A stretch of DNA of 63,396 nt, filler included, from Cercozoa sp. M6MM (GCA_040357565.1; 12 parts of 12 records of this genome joined end to end with filler, not necessarily neighbours in it), one strand, 5' to 3'; counted from the whole stretch's first letter, positions 27,677 through 41,766 are shown. A program made the numbers and translations. Notes: generated by a model not told the origin, from the letters alone.

Positions 27677-29405
27677 TCATACGAGAGCACAGTTGCACAT
27701 GGGACAACGACTGCACCGAGACGTCCAATCGGCGATACAAGTGCGACAGAAGGTCTGCAGCGCCATACCATCCAGTGGTGAAACTACTGCCTTGTGCACG
27801 GCAACACAAAAGAAGAAAGTACGTGTGAGCAGGGTAGAGTGCATGGATCCACGCACTCAGTTTCCAAACAAATCGGACATGCGGAGAGACTAGCACCGGC
27901 AGTGTCACTCTGGAAACTGTCGCTATCGTTCGACGAGTCGGTGTAGTCCGAGCTGTCACTGTCACTGCTGTCGCTGCTGTCACTGCCACTGTCACTGGTG
28001 TCACTGTCACTGTCACTGCTGTCGCTGGTATCACTGCTGTCACTGCTGTCACTGCTGTCAGCGCGGACAGTACTGAAACCGCAAGGCGTGGTAATTCCCT
28101 TGCGCAGCTGTTGGTCAAAGCGCGCTTCCAGCCTTTTCAGCACTGCGTATAAGCGCAACGACACCTATCAGCCCACACATGCCCAACTTCCACCATTTAA
28201 AACTAAAAGCGACCAGTCAATGCTACCTGTCGATACAAATTAAAGATGTCAATGCCATCGAGATCAACTGTTTCCAAATTGGACTCCGAGCGTAGCTGAC
28301 ACAATGCGGACATCACCACCATTGTCTGCGTGTGTTGTATCGCCAGTCGCACACACGTGAGTGCCAGTAACGGCGGCAGCTGCCGCAACTGCACTTGAAA
28401 CAGGCGAAGCTGGAGCGGTAGTTCCTGCAGAATTGGTGCACAGTTGTCTCACAGAACACACTTGACAGCCTAAAAATTCATGCACCTCAAGCCCCGCAAT
28501 GGCTTGACTCAAAGAAATCTCGTTCCATATCAGCAGGACCAGATTGCGAAACAGCCGCAATGCCTCCCTGTCGCCTTGATGGTACAGACTCAGGTTGTTC
28601 TCCACGTAAAAGGTCACACTACTTCGAACTTCAACTACACAGGGAAAGCTACATCAACGACAGAAACACATACTTAGTGAGGCCATATCAATACCATCCA
28701 ATCCAAGTGCTTGTGCGAGTTCTCCCTTCATTAATCGGCCCAAGATAGGTTTAACTTTCGGAAGCTGGAGCAGACTATTTCCAAGTACTGACGGCCACAT
28801 TGGCAAGCCACGACCTCCGTCGGCAACGTGACACACGCTGTTTCCTTCCGCACGGATCTGAGCCAAGTGAACGAGAAAGTACCCTCAAGCCACCGAACCA
28901 AATGAAAGAAAGCTGTCGCTGCGTACCAAATAAGAGGCAAACAGAGAGGGATTGACCACCCATGCCTGGGAACAAAGGAAGGTCCGGGGAGGGTGAAAAT
29001 GCGATCTAATTAACGTACGAAGACAATGCAGCCAGGAACAGGACGAATTCCAACGAACGGCAGAAATGTCTCTTGCGCAACGTGAGTTGGTCTCGTCACT
29101 TTGTGGATTAGTTTGCTTCGCACCACAAAAAAGAGCAAGGGTAAAAAAAGAAGCATGGCGAAACCGGCACTATCTTTGAAACCTAGACTAGCGTTTGCAT
29201 ATACCAACCCTCGACAGAAGAGCCGGAAGTGTCCAAGTGGCAAAGAGCAGCAGCTTTGGTGCCGTGAAGATATGCCCACGATCGGAAGCACAGCCGACGG
29301 GCTTTGAGTTTTTCGGCTTCAACCGTCTGCGACGTTCTTGTGGAGATGTCGAAACACTGCGGCGACAATCTGAGGGGCGAGCCCATGTCTCTGACATCCA
29401 CCAAT
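27677..29405 (-). CDS. C3HC4 RING protein, paralog of 1093-6377 (5' truncated)
   Basis: CPICLETECVDPCTLPCSH|TFCRTCIADW..RCPMC, preceded by a DSS repeat linker. Shares ARRLCFRSWAYLH and QLRQLPPLLALTCVRLAIQHT blocks with the first gene. Confidence 0.7.
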
Positions 29406-29431
29406 AAGTCGAGCTATTCACACACAGAATA

Positions 29432-29493
<62 letters not shown>

Positions 29494-29611
29494 NNNNNNN
29501 NNNNNNNNNNNNNNNNNNNNNNNNNNNNNNNNNNNNNTTAATTAATTAANNNNNNNNNNNNNNNNNNNNNNNNNNNNNNNNNNNNNNNNNNNNTAAAGGA
29601 AAAGGGCTACC

Positions 29612-30249
29612 TTGCCGCGAATACGCGGCCAGTCGGCGTGCCGCTTGTTGACCTTCTCGCAGGCGATGGAGTGCCGCTGCAGAAAGTCGCTCTGCTCGTG
29701 CTCCGTGCTGCTGTACTGGAAACTGCCGGGGGATAAGGGGGTAAAGATGGGGGGGGGTAAAGAGGGAGTAAAGAGGGGGGTAAAGAGGGGGGTAAAGAGG
29801 GGGTAAAGAGGGGGTAAAGACTCACCGCAGCCGGAAGAGCGCCGTCTCGGCCGAGGCGAGCCAGCGCCGGTTTTCCTCGGAGCGGCAGAAGGCCATGCGC
29901 AGGATGCAGTGCGACACCAGGTCCTTCTCGACCGCCGCACTGCCCAGCAGGCCGCGCTCCTGCAGGTACGGCCGCAGCTGGTCCCACACCTTGCCACTAT
30001 CGTCCAATGCCGTCTTGAGTGCCATCAGGCGACTCAGCTGTCCACATATACACCACACACATACATACACCACATAGGGTATACCTGACCTACCACATTC
30101 AGTCGATCGATCGCGCACTCCTTGAACTCCTGCAACGACAGACCACGTGACGGCGGATCGTTGTACATACTCAGCTGTGACACGCGGCCGCGCGACAGAG
30201 AGCCTCCGGCCGAGTCGGCACTCTCGAACCGCGTTCGGACCGCCTGCAT
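29612..30249 (-). CDS. PRIM2: DNA primase large subunit, 5' part
   Basis: LSMYNDPP..LSLQEFKECAIDRL and KDLVSHCILRMAFCRSEENRRWLASAETALFRLR. Confidence 0.93.
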
Positions 30250-30462
30250 TCTGTGTCTCCAGCGCCAAAACAATCAGATTAGGCACCCTAACTATAAACG
30301 CCCTGTTGCTGCATAACACTCAGAGCACACACCAGCACACTGAGTTTGCACTATGGAGCCACTGGCTGTCTATCGGCTCGTGTTTTATTCAGAGTGAGTC
30401 GATAGAAGTCCTCCCAGCTTTTGGCTGCCTTTCTACGATGCGAGACACTTGGGCAGAGTACC

Positions 30463-31663
30463 ATGACTTCTGTTGACTCTAACCGCGCCGGTGTCGCGAA
30501 GTATGGTAAATTAAAATACCAAATGATCAATAATTCCTTCGAGTTTGGCCTCTGGGACGATGATGTGAAACAGGCAACTTTGCGAACTACTACTTTCACA
30601 ATCCGCCGGCCGAGCGTATGCGCCACTTGCCGCGTGATTTGTTTGCGAAGCTTTCAAGCGCAGAATCGACGCCGATTGCGTGTGACCTCGGGGCCAACGA
30701 CGGTAAATTGTCAATTCGATGCAAAGCAAAAAATAAGTTGAGTATGCACGATGGTCTGCGTGGTAGGAACACTGACAAAGGCAATGCAGGAACATTTCGA
30801 AGGTTCGGTTGCCCTGTGTGGCGTCGATATCGACCCTGTATTAATCGAGAGGGCACAGGAACAGTACGGCAGCGACAGATTAGTGTTCGACACGCTCGAT
30901 TTGGTTGTAGACGTCGCCGAAAACAAAGTCGAGACTCCTGTCAAGCAAGAGGCTGTGTCCGTTGATCTGATCGACACGATCACGCTTACCGAGGCAGAAC
31001 TCGAGGCCGATGCGCAGACTGTCGAGGCACTCCAACGACATGCACTCGCACTCAGCAACGGCACACAAGAGCGCTTTCACTGCGTACACAGTTTCATCAA
31101 TGCCGTATACTTTGGGAGGTCCCTATTTCTTCTTAATGGTAATCGCAGGTTTTTGGATTCGGCCTAACCATGTGGATCCATGTGAACAAAGGGACGCGTG
31201 GCTTGCTGAGATTTCTGCGAATTCTTACTCAAGTATGCTCAAGCCGCTCCCTACATATAAAAAAATATATATATATTTATATATATATATATATACTGTA
31301 TATGTTTATGCTTGCACAGGTCACCGATGCAGTCGTTCTTGAACCCCAGCCTTGGAAGTGGTATGGCAGATCTCACGGAGGTGCACTCTGTGTTGTGCAA
31401 TTGAATCTTCCGTTTGTTGGTTTGTCAGCTACAAATCTGCCAGGAAGCGCCACAAGAAGAACAAAGTCCCGCAGGCTCAGTGGCCTCGCTTTCTCAGGCA
31501 CGTGCCGTCGCAGCCCGACGTCGAGTCGCACATCGCCGAACTCTGCTGTGCTGTGTTGGAACACTGCAGACGCAATCGCAGCGACAATGTTAATGGCGCT
31601 GTCTGCACGAGCACCGTTCTCGGTCACACGATCTGGGAACGCAACATCTACCTGATTCGGTGA
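30463..31663 (+). CDS. BCDIN3D: BCDIN3D/Bin3-family RNA 5'-phosphate methyltransferase
   Basis: YGNFANYY..PPAERMRHLP, DLGANDGTLT, GVDIDPVLIERA, LTMWIHVNKG and LEPQPWKCYKSA. Confidence 0.88.
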
Positions 31664-31957
31664 GCAGTTTCGGCTTCCGTTTCACGTCAACTGAACTTAC
31701 TGAAACGTGTCATTCGACCGACTGCGCTGAAGTTCAGTTTCAGTTCAGACATCATCACACACCCAACAAACCAATAAATTACACAGGAACTTCAAAAACA
31801 TGCGCTTGCGTGCGCACCCGAAATTTAGAACTAAGTACACAAACTAACCACTCACAGTCACCAAACAAAACCAATTGCAGACGAAAACGAACTCCACGCA
31901 CCGCGACTTTCAGTTTCGTAGCCTGCATCGTTTAATTAGTCGGTTTGTCCTTTTGGC

Positions 31958-33131
31958 CTACATGAAGCTGTCCTCGAATTCCTCGGCCGTCATGGCCATG
32001 TCGCGGTTGCTCGTCATGACGGCCTCGTCCTCGAACGCAAAGTCGTACTGCTGCTGCCGCTTGAGGCGCTTGCGCTCCTCACGTGCGGCCTGCCATCACC
32101 CAACAGAGAGGTTCAAAAGTACGGTGGAGTGTCACACAGACGGTGGGGGCACTCTGTGGGTACCTTGCGAGCATTGATCTCGGCTTTCCTGGCCTGACGG
32201 CGCTCTAAAAAAGCAAGATCGCAACAACACAGGAGAAGGAAAAGGAGAAGGGGAGAAGGGAGACTCACCAGCAGCGACAGAGGCATCACGGTCGGCGCGC
32301 ATGGCCTCAAAGTCCACGTCGTGCTCCTGTTGGGGTTGAAGGGCAAGGGCAGGTATAGATCAAAACTGCACCTTGACAGGGATGCGGTTCACCTGTTTCC
32401 GCGTCCGCTCGATGCGTCGAATGGCCACGCGGTCCTGCAGACAACAGAAACATCAGTTGGGAGTGAAGGACGGGAGGGAGGGAAGGAAGGGAGGGAGGGA
32501 AGAAAGGGAGGAAAGGAAAAAAAGGAAGGCCACCTTCATGCAGCGGCGGTGCCGCACGAGCGACTCGTCGTGAAAGCCAATGGTGCCAATGTCCATGTCG
32601 GCACCCTTTCGCAGGTTGCTCCTGTGGGAAAAGGGGCAGTTAAGAGGGCTAAGAAACTTAGAAAGGGGGTCTACCACGGCGTGAAGCAGATGGAGCACTC
32701 CTTCATCTTGCTGCCCTTGATGCTGTTGTGCTTCACTAGCTGGCACATCTGCACACAGACACTGTGTGTCAGGGGTGTCTCGGTGTGTCTGAAAACTACC
32801 TCCTCCAGCACGCTCTCTGGCAGGTCGTCGATCGAAGTGCCACGCGGCATGCGAAGGTACACGTGCGCAGACGACAAGTCGTCCACGTGGAACTGGCGAG
32901 AAACGCAAGGGTCAAGAGGCAATCACAGGGAAAGCAGTCAAGAGTCACAAGGCGTACCCACACGTCCTCCGGAAAGCCCCAGCGGATGAGCTTTTCGTTC
33001 TCGTGCTTGTCGTCGCCCATGTAAACCTGATCGTGGTGACATCCAGAACACTGCTGTGACAGACAACAAAAACAATTTACTCGGAAATCATCTGCGATTT
33101 CGTCGTCCGACAGACGGAAGTAAAACACCAT
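31958..33131 (-). CDS. CCDC25: CCDC25/Jlp2 (NFACT RNA-binding domain)
   Basis: MVFYF..[54 protein letters not shown]..EDSFM*. Confidence 0.95.
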
Positions 33132-33432
33132 TTCCTCTAACTCGCAGAATTCGCACAGCGGCAGTGGGACTCTGTCGCAGTCTAAACTCGTTGCTTGAGA
33201 ATGACCACCCTTTTATTTTTACGGGACAATTGGACTAGACTTTTCCGAGATCAGAGTATCCGCGTTTACTCCACCGACATAAGAGGCACGAGAAGAGTGT
33301 GAGACTAACCCATGGTACAAGTTTTGAGCTTAACCGGGCCGTTTGGCTCGTCAGTTTTGGGGGCGGCGTTTGCAGACTATTGCTGCTTGTACCACCGGGC
33401 AGATCGGCACGTTGCCGATAAGAAGCGGTGCT

Positions 33433-36400
33433 ATGGCCATGACTGAGGCAGTGCCACTGCAGCTGGAGCGTCTCACGAAGCGAGGCCGTGTTCGGAGGGT
33501 GAGTGGCCTGTCATTGACAGCCTGAATGAGTGGGTGACTGAGTGACCCAAGATGTGACTGAATGACTGCACGCAGGTGTTCGAGTGTCACCGCACGCAGG
33601 TGCGAATCGGTCGTTTGACGCGCGAAGAGTGTCCCGAACTGATCGACGACGCCGAGGATCTCATCGAACTGCCTGACTGCGATGGTACGACTTGACTGCC
33701 TGGGGAGGGGGGAGGCATGTACGCAAATGTATGTGTGCATGGTGTTTGTGTGTTGCAGCGGTGAGTGGCCACCACTGCGACATGGAGTGCGACGACGGTC
33801 AGTGGTTCTTGGTACTTTTTTGCTCCCTGTTCTTCAACCCTACCCCCCCCTACTCCTGCCCTAGCCCTGTACCTTTGTCATTCTACCCTCTGACCTGATG
33901 GGACTGTGTGGATGGACAGTTCGACAACCACAGTTTGAACGGGACGCACCTGCGTCGCAGCAGAGGTTCGAACGACTCGCTAGACGACCTAGTTGTCGAC
34001 GATGTCTGGACCCGTGTCAACGACAACAAGGGCGGTACCTCTTACTACCTATCTATCTATCTATATAGATGTTTAATATATTATACATGACATGTGTTAA
34101 TAGGCGTGCCGCTGTACCACGGCGACTGCATCCGCGTAGGCACGACGGTGCTGCGCGTTGTGCTGCCGCACAGCGGCGACAGCCGCGCGGAAGTGCAGGA
34201 GAAACGCCAAGCCACGTCCAACACGCAGCTGCTCGTCAACGAGAACAGCGATAACAACTGCGGTGCTCCACGTTGCACTTTTAGACCCCCACACCCCCTG
34301 CCCTCCCCTTTTCCTCCCTTTGTCCCTGCCCCTTTATCCCTGCCCCTTTATCCCTGCCCCTTTATCCCTGCCTGCCCTTTTACCCCTGCCTCTTACCCCT
34401 GCCCATTTACCCCCACCCCGTGTACAGAGGAGACACTGCACCTGAGCAATCAGGACTGTCTGCGACGTCCGATGTCGGTGCACGTGTCGGACGCCTTGTT
34501 CCCGGTACTCCTGTCTTGCTCTATTCCCACTCTCTAACCCCCTCCTTGCCTTGCCTTGCCTGCCTTACCCCCCCCCCCTGTCTACCCTTTGCCCCTTGGC
34601 AGATCGATGAGCACGAGCACCAAGAAACTGCCGAGTCGGTGCGTGCCGAGTCTACACCGGCTGAACCGACACCTGAGTCGATAGAAGAGCCGATAGAAGA
34701 GCCGATAGAAGAGCCTATAGAGGAGTATAAATTGGAGCCGAAACAGGAACCGATTGAAGAGCCAGCAGAGGAGTCGACTGAAGGGTCGAAACATGAGTCA
34801 GTAGAGGAGTCTGTCGACTCCTTCATTGTACACGATGAATGATAAATGGACACATGTAGGGGGGTATAAAACAATGTGTGTGTGTGTGTGCAACAGCTGC
34901 CTGAGGAGGACGACGTGACACTGCCGCCGCCGCAGCACTCCGAGCCGCTGTCTTTCGATGACAACAACAACAACACTGACAACAGCAGCAACAACAACAA
35001 CATCACCGACAACAACAACACTGACAACAACAACACTGACAACAACAACACTGANNNNNNNNNNGACAACAACAACACTGACAACAACAACACTGACAAC
35101 AACAACACTGACAACAACAGCACAGACAATAACAACACAGACAATAACAACACAGACAACAACAACAACAACACTGACAACAACACTGACAACAACAACA
35201 ACAACAACAACGACGACGACAACAACACTGACAACAACGACACTGACGGCAACAGGTGCCGAGACGACAGCGATGCCGGGGACATTGATCGCACTGCAGC
35301 TGACACCTGTGTGCCTACCGACACTGTGCCTGCTGACTCACTGTTCGGTACCTCTTTCCCCTGTCCGTCTGTCTGTCTGTCTGTCTGTTTATATGTCTGT
35401 GTGTGCCACCCTATGCTATGTGTTTGTATACCACCTGCAGTAGCAGTGTCTGCAACAGCAGTGTCAGAGGTGCCGCCCGACACTCTGCCTGCCGACACTG
35501 TACGTGTCGGCGGAGGTGATCTGCCTGACACCATGCCTGTTGATACCATGCCTGCTGACACCATGCCTGTGGATACCATGCCTGTGGATGGGACCCTGCT
35601 TGTTGACAACTCCAATGTGCCCGACACTGTGTTGGACACTGTGCCCGATACTGTGCCCGATACTGTGTTGGACACTGTACCTGATACTGTGCCTGACACT
35701 GTGCCTGATGCTGTGTTGGATACCGTACCAGACACCGTACCAGTCACTGTACCAGTCACGGTACCTGAGGACACTGTCCCAATGGAAGAGGAAGAGGAGG
35801 AGAACGTACCTATGCAGGACGAGCCTGTTGCAGGTGCCCTCTGTCTTGCCTGTGTGTATGTGTCTACACAGGTATACAGGTATGTGTGTGTGCGTGCAGA
35901 CACAGTGCCGGACACTGTGGTCGTTGACGACCTCCCGGCGGACACGGTGCCTGTGGACGGTGCCGATGATGTCCGGACACTGCCTGTGCAGGAGACACTG
36001 CCTGTGCAGGAGACACTGCCTGTGCAGGAGACACTGCCTGTTGAGGAGACACTGCCTGTTGAGGAGACACTGCCTGTGCAGGACGCGGTCACTCTTCCTG
36101 TTGAGCACGGTACCTCCTGTACTGTACCTGTGTACACTGTACCTGTACCTGTGTACCTGTACCTGTGTACCTGTACCTGTACCTGTGTCCCTGTGTACCT
36201 GTGTACCTGTCTATAGACACAGTACCGATGGAAGACGACGAAGAAAACAACAACGGAGAAAACAACAACGAAGAAAACAACAACGAAGAAAACAACAACC
36301 GCATCGACAACGACTCGCTCGCCGATCCTTCGGTACCACTGCCTCTACCCTCTAGGGACCCTACCTACCGCTACCTTACTCCTATCTACCCCCCCCCCCA

Positions 36401-37178
36401 TGGACACAGGCCTTTGCGACGCTGTTCGCGAGTTCTCTGGCCAGCGGCGCCTCCTTCCTCGACACGTCGCAACAACAACAACAAGAAAGACAACAACAAC
36501 AACAAGAAAGACAACAACAACAACAAGAAAAACAACAACAACAACAAGAAAAACAACAACGAGAACAACAAGAAAAACAACAAGCGTCAAAACAGCAACA
36601 CGTCGGTCTGGTGGGTCCCTCGAGCGACACCATCGCGTACGACGCGTTCGACAACCCGGTGCGATCGCAGCACTCGGACGGTCACGGCAGCGACGGTGTC
36701 GGCGACGGTGTCAGTGACGGTGTCGGGATCAGTACCGGTCATAGGGACGGTGTCAGTGACGGTGTCAGTGACCAGCGCGGCGAGGCCGTGCGACTGCCGA
36801 CAGTGCGCGCACGTGGCAGCGACGGTTTCTCCGACGGTTTCTCCGACGGTTTGAGTGACGGTTTGAGTGACAGCGACGGTGGTGACAGCGACAACGACGA
36901 ACCGTCGCCGAAACGACGCCGAATCTCGACGCGACAGAGTCAAAACAACAAAGCGAAAAACAACAAAGCGGAAAACAACAAAGCGAAAAACAACAAAACG
37001 GAAAACAAGAAAAACAACAAAACGGAAAACAAGAAAAACGACGACGGACCGGTGGCCACTGCGGTACAGTCTTACCCCCCCCCCCCCTTTAACCCCTTAA
37101 CCCTCACCCTACCCCTTAACCTCCATGTTGCAGGGCGTGTACCTCTTGTTCACCGGCATTGCACCCACTGCTGGACAG
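33433..37178 (+). CDS. FHA-domain protein with a long repeat-rich linker and a probable BRCT start (MDC1-like; 3' truncated)
   Basis: FHA motifs IGR, VSGHHC, SLNGT and LYHGDCIRVG. Linker has DNNN, DTVP, ETLPV, Q-rich and SDG repeats. The last visible exon is GVYLLFTGI. Confidence 0.75.
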
Positions 37179-37283
37179 GTAGAANNNNNNNNNNNNNNNN
37201 NNNNNNNNNNNNNNNNNNNNNNNNNNNNTTAATTAATTAANNNNNNNNNNNNNNNNNNNNNNNNNNNNNNNNNNNNNNNNNNN

Positions 37284-38153
37284 NTGGCTACCCCGTTGGG
37301 TGATCTGGGTGTGTTTACCCCCTGTTTTACCCCCCGGTTTACCCCCCTCCGTTTCCTCCGTGTTTACACCCCCCCCCGTTTACCCCCTCCCCCTTTACCC
37401 CCCGCAGGCGAGAGAAGTTACCGGCGTTTCTGGTCGCGTCGGCTGATCCGACTGTTGCTGGACTGCGCCAACGGACACCGGCTCAACGCGCCGGTGGATC
37501 CCAACGGGGTAGCCAGTATTTTGTCCATATGGACTGTCCTGTCCAATCTGTACCAATGTGGACAGAGACGCGCCGTGTCGATACACGACATTGTGACGCA
37601 GACGTGCTTCCTGCAGAACGACATCATCGAGACACTGCGCGACATTGGCGTGCTGGTACCTTCTGCTGCCGACTCAGTGGGCACGTGCCCACTGGACACG
37701 TGTCCACACTAACACGTGCCCACACACGTGCTCACTGGGACATGTGCATATGCCACTGGTCAGATCAAGGAGGCCGGCACGGGACGCTGGCGCTTCCAAG
37801 TGTCCTCCAGGTGGGTTGATGTACCCCTATTACCCCCCTTTACCCCCTTAACCCCCGCCCCACCTCTTCCAGACTACTGGAGGACGATTTCAAGCTGCGA
37901 GACATCTCGCCACACCAGAAGGTACCATGTGTCTTATTATATATTGTTCGTGTGTGTGTATTTTGTATGTTTGCACAGTACGTGTCGGAGGCACAGCGCG
38001 ACTGTCTACGCTGGTCTCCCTACCTCGTGTCGGACAAGGTACCACTGGACTGGAGCCTCCTCCTTCCGTATTGGTCATGTCATTTGGATTCAGTTTGTGC
38101 GAGCGGCCTGGGCGGCCGATGCCAAGTACTCGGGCGGCAAGGCTGGAGGCTAG
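37284..38153 (+). CDS. MYST-family histone acetyltransferase, C-terminal part
   Basis: PLGDL|GERSYRRFW..VSIHDIVTQTCFLQNDIIETL..CLRWSP. Confidence 0.8.
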
Positions 38154-38253
38154 TATAGTATAACTTAATTACAGTACTTCCGTGAGGTACTTTTAATTCG
38201 TCAAAAACTCAGCTTTCAAAACGAAACAAACTCGAACGCAACAGGCGTGGTGA

Positions 38254-40729
38254 TCAGTTGAGCTCCAGCTGGCCGTTAAGCAGTGCCAAGAGCATGCCAG
38301 CAGCTTCGTGACCAGCAAAAGCCTGTAGGCGTGGACGCAACTGCGAGCACACGTCATATGGCATGAAAAGGTGATTTTGTTTTTTTTTTTTGATATTTTC
38401 GAGCAATCATACCTGACTCTGCACGCCGTGCAAGGCCTGTAGCACACATGGCAGCTCAGCGCCAACAGCAAGATCGTTCAGGAGCTCCAAGCAGATTTCC
38501 GTTTGTTCCTGCTCTTCCTCTGCAGCAAAAAACAAAAAATCCAAAAAAGCCCCCTCCCCACGGCATAGCCAGGGTGCTACCACAAGTCGGGTCCGATGAG
38601 AGCGCATTCAGCACACCGCGGGCCACACTATCGTCCACGGCGGACTCATCAAGCATGCCGGCTCGCATGACTTGCTGGAGCAGGAGCGCGCTGCGTGCGC
38701 GTAGTCGAGCCAGCGTGGCACGCAGTCGCGCCTGCTGCTCGCCAATAGCCTGCTCGAGCTCGGTGAGCGCCGCCAGGGGGTCCTGGTCCAGCGTGCGCAG
38801 CATCATCGAGGCCACCTGTTCAGGGGTACATGCGATTTGGATAATACATTTGTACAACATGTTTTAAATTGAGGAACCTGCGTGGCTACAGCCAGACCGG
38901 GCTCCGGCTCCTGCTCTGTCTCGTCGTCGCCCTATGTTTTGTTGAGTTTAGAGAGTGCTGGTCAGAAAGTGGCTACAGCGGCAGACTACCTCGACACACA
39001 GCAGGTTGAACGACGTCTCTAGCACGGTTTGCAGCGCCTCTAGTCTCATGTAGACCTGTAGCAACAACGAGGGCGTAAAGAATAGGCTGTAGGGGGTAGA
39101 GGTCGACGGTTACCTCACGCAGCACGTTCTGAAACTCAGCCGTCGCCGCTGCATCCGCCTGAACACCGGGGCAGGGGTTAAAAGGGAGTTAAAAAAGCGC
39201 AAAAGGTTTAAAAGCAGGCAAAAAGTTAAATGGGGAAGGGCGGGGGGTAAAAAGGTAATACGCTCGGCTCGTCGCCGGCGACAGGCGCCACCAGTTGACA
39301 CAAATGCGCAAACGCACCCAGCAGCATGCTGAGGAACTGCGCCAGGTGAGCATTCGACGTGTTCACGCCAGTGTACGTGTGTCCCTGCACTGGTGCCACG
39401 GCAGCTGTCACAGCACGACACAGCAGCTCGTTCACAGCGCCAGAATCGCCCAGTTCTGCCCACAAAAACACCGCAGCCTTAACAAATACACAAAAGAAAA
39501 CAACACAAGGCACTGAAACTGCGAAATACCGGCAAATACAGCGCTCAGAGTGGCCAGAGCCGCAGCTGATGTCACCTCGGGTGCCACTTGGGCGCTGAAT
39601 CCAAAATGCAAAAATTACATCGCTCAAACTACAAATCCCACGTCATTTACCCAGCAGTGCGCTTAGGGACGCTCTGAGCGAGACTGCACCCCTGAACAAA
39701 ACAAGTTTAAAATTCACCCTTAACAAATGAAAGGTCGGAAAACACGAAATAAACGAGCGAACTTGATCTGCGGCGTCCTCGAGTGCCGTGCAGAGTAGAG
39801 TGGCCACGTCAGCGTGCGCATCGGCACACTTGGCCGACCAGGTGTCGGCTGGGAGCTGCAGACCGCGCACCTGCTGCAGCACGCTTTCGCTTTCGGCCAC
39901 CAGAGCAGCCAGCGCGGCAGCCTGGGGGGGGGGGGTAGTGGAGGTGATGGGAATAAAGGGGTGAAAAGGGAACGGAGGTAGGTGGGGGAGAGGGTAAAAA
40001 GGTAAAACAGAGCCACGCACCAGAGCAGAGACGTATCGTGCCGAGCACGGACTGGTTTGAGCCGTGAGAGTCGACAGAGCCTGAGCCAGTAGCTGGCACA
40101 GCATGGCACTCACCTGCGTGTCTCCATGCAGCTCGCCGCCCTGACAGGGGTTAACGCGAGTAAAGGAGAACAGCGGGGGTAATAAAGATAAGAAATATAC
40201 CACAGCCATGTTGCGCACGGCCTCGGCAGCAGACACTCGCACTGTGTCGTGTCTGCAATCGGGGGGGGGGCCCGCAGAGGGCAAAAGTGAAGGGGGCCAA
40301 GCAAGCGTTACTGGTCCGTCAGAAGCTGCAGCACGTGCGGCAACACCTGTTTCGTCGCCTTGCCCAACTTGCCTGCATCAAAACGCCCCTTTAACAAAAC
40401 ACTCTCAGAATAAATACAAAGGCTACCTGCAAGGGCGACTGCTGCCACTCGCTCACACGCGACCTACCAGACGGGGTAAGGGGTAAACGGGCAAGTATAC
40501 TCGGAGCAAAAAAGGCTACCTGACGTTCTGACGCGTCCTGTGACATAAACCGCGTCTCCAGTGACAAGGCCGCCGTCCGCGCGGACGTATCGGTGGCAGC
40601 ACCGGCCGCTCCTGCCGTCAGCTGACCTACGGCCGCCTGCAGTGCCGAAGCCTCGGCCCGAGCCGCGCGACCGCGTCGCCGTCGGTCGGCACGCCGCTTG
40701 CTCGCACGCTGTCGCGCCGCCTTGCCCAT
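38254..40729 (-). CDS. HEATR3/Syo1-like ARM/HEAT protein
   Basis: Basic MGKAARQRASKRR N-terminus and VRVSAAEAVRNMAV|GG; multi-exon helical protein. Confidence 0.6.
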
Positions 40730-41019
40730 GTGCGATCTCTCGGTCGGACTGCACACCAAACAAATGATCACGCTGACGAAACTTCACGCATGGACACTAT
40801 TCCGGCGTCAAAGTACCTTTAAAAGCTCGGCGCTACACTGCACACACGGCAGAGCACGCTGGAGCCTCTCGAGTGGTGCGTGGGATGAAGTAGTTTTCCG
40901 TTTTGGGAGTATCGGCTAAAGATTAAGAAAACACAAACCGAGAGCTAGCCTGTAGTGCACGTGTGCCTGCGACGTGCGCTGCTTTATTATTGCATGTGAC
41001 GTGCAGAACTGACGATCTA

Positions 41020-41619
41020 ATGCAGCGATCCCCACAGCAGGAGCATCGTCTCTTCAAGGTGTTCTGACTTTGAGGGTGAGGGATGGTCAATCGGACCACT
41101 GCAAGGGTGCGTTGGGACAGGTGGTCAAGCAGACGCGGCGTCAGACGCGTGAGCGACGCACCGTGGAACTGCACATTGCGTAACCTTGTTTCGGGGAGGG
41201 GGGTTAAAGGTAAGATGTAATAGTGTTGGGTCTGTTTGCAGCAAGGGCCGCGCGCAGTTCAGCGTCGTCGATCGGCACCGACAGCGACGACAGCGTTTCG
41301 TGCTCAAACAGGTGCGTTCAGGGGGGCAAACAGGGGGGTAAAAAGGGGGTAAACAGGGGGGTAAATGTGTGGCGACACAGATACGTGAGTTGGAACTGAG
41401 CACTGTCGACGGTGCGCGCTGTCTCATTCACATGCACGACGGCAGGTGCGTTTTACCCCCTTACCTCCCCCTTTACCTACCCTGTTGTCTCCCTCTTTAC
41501 CCCCCCCCCAGGGTGGTGGACCTAACGTTCGAAAGCACGACGCACTGTCGCGCCTTCTGTCGACAGTTGCGGCGACAGTTGCCGCTGCTGCAGACGCGGC
41601 ACAACACGGCGCTGAGGCG
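41020..41619 (+). CDS. Hypothetical protein, 5' part (possible PH-like domain)
   Basis: Five short exons joined by GT-AG, ending VVDLTFESTTHCRAFCRQLRRQL. Confidence 0.45.
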
Positions 41620-41766
41620 GTGTTTACCCCCCTGTTTACCCCCCTATTTACCCCCCTATTTACCCCNNNNNNNNNNNNNNNNNNNNNNNNNNNNNNNNNN
41701 NNNNNNNNNNTTAATTAATTAANNNNNNNNNNNNNNNNNNNNNNNNNNNNNNNNNNNNNNNNNNNN

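Noticed and set aside
34521-36137. 538-aa minus-strand ORF
   Set aside because: Antisense shadow of the low-complexity exons of the FHA gene.
37075-37125. Telomere-like CCCTTAA/CCCTA words near contig ends
   Set aside because: Degenerate and inside introns. Contig ends reflect assembly breaks at repeats.
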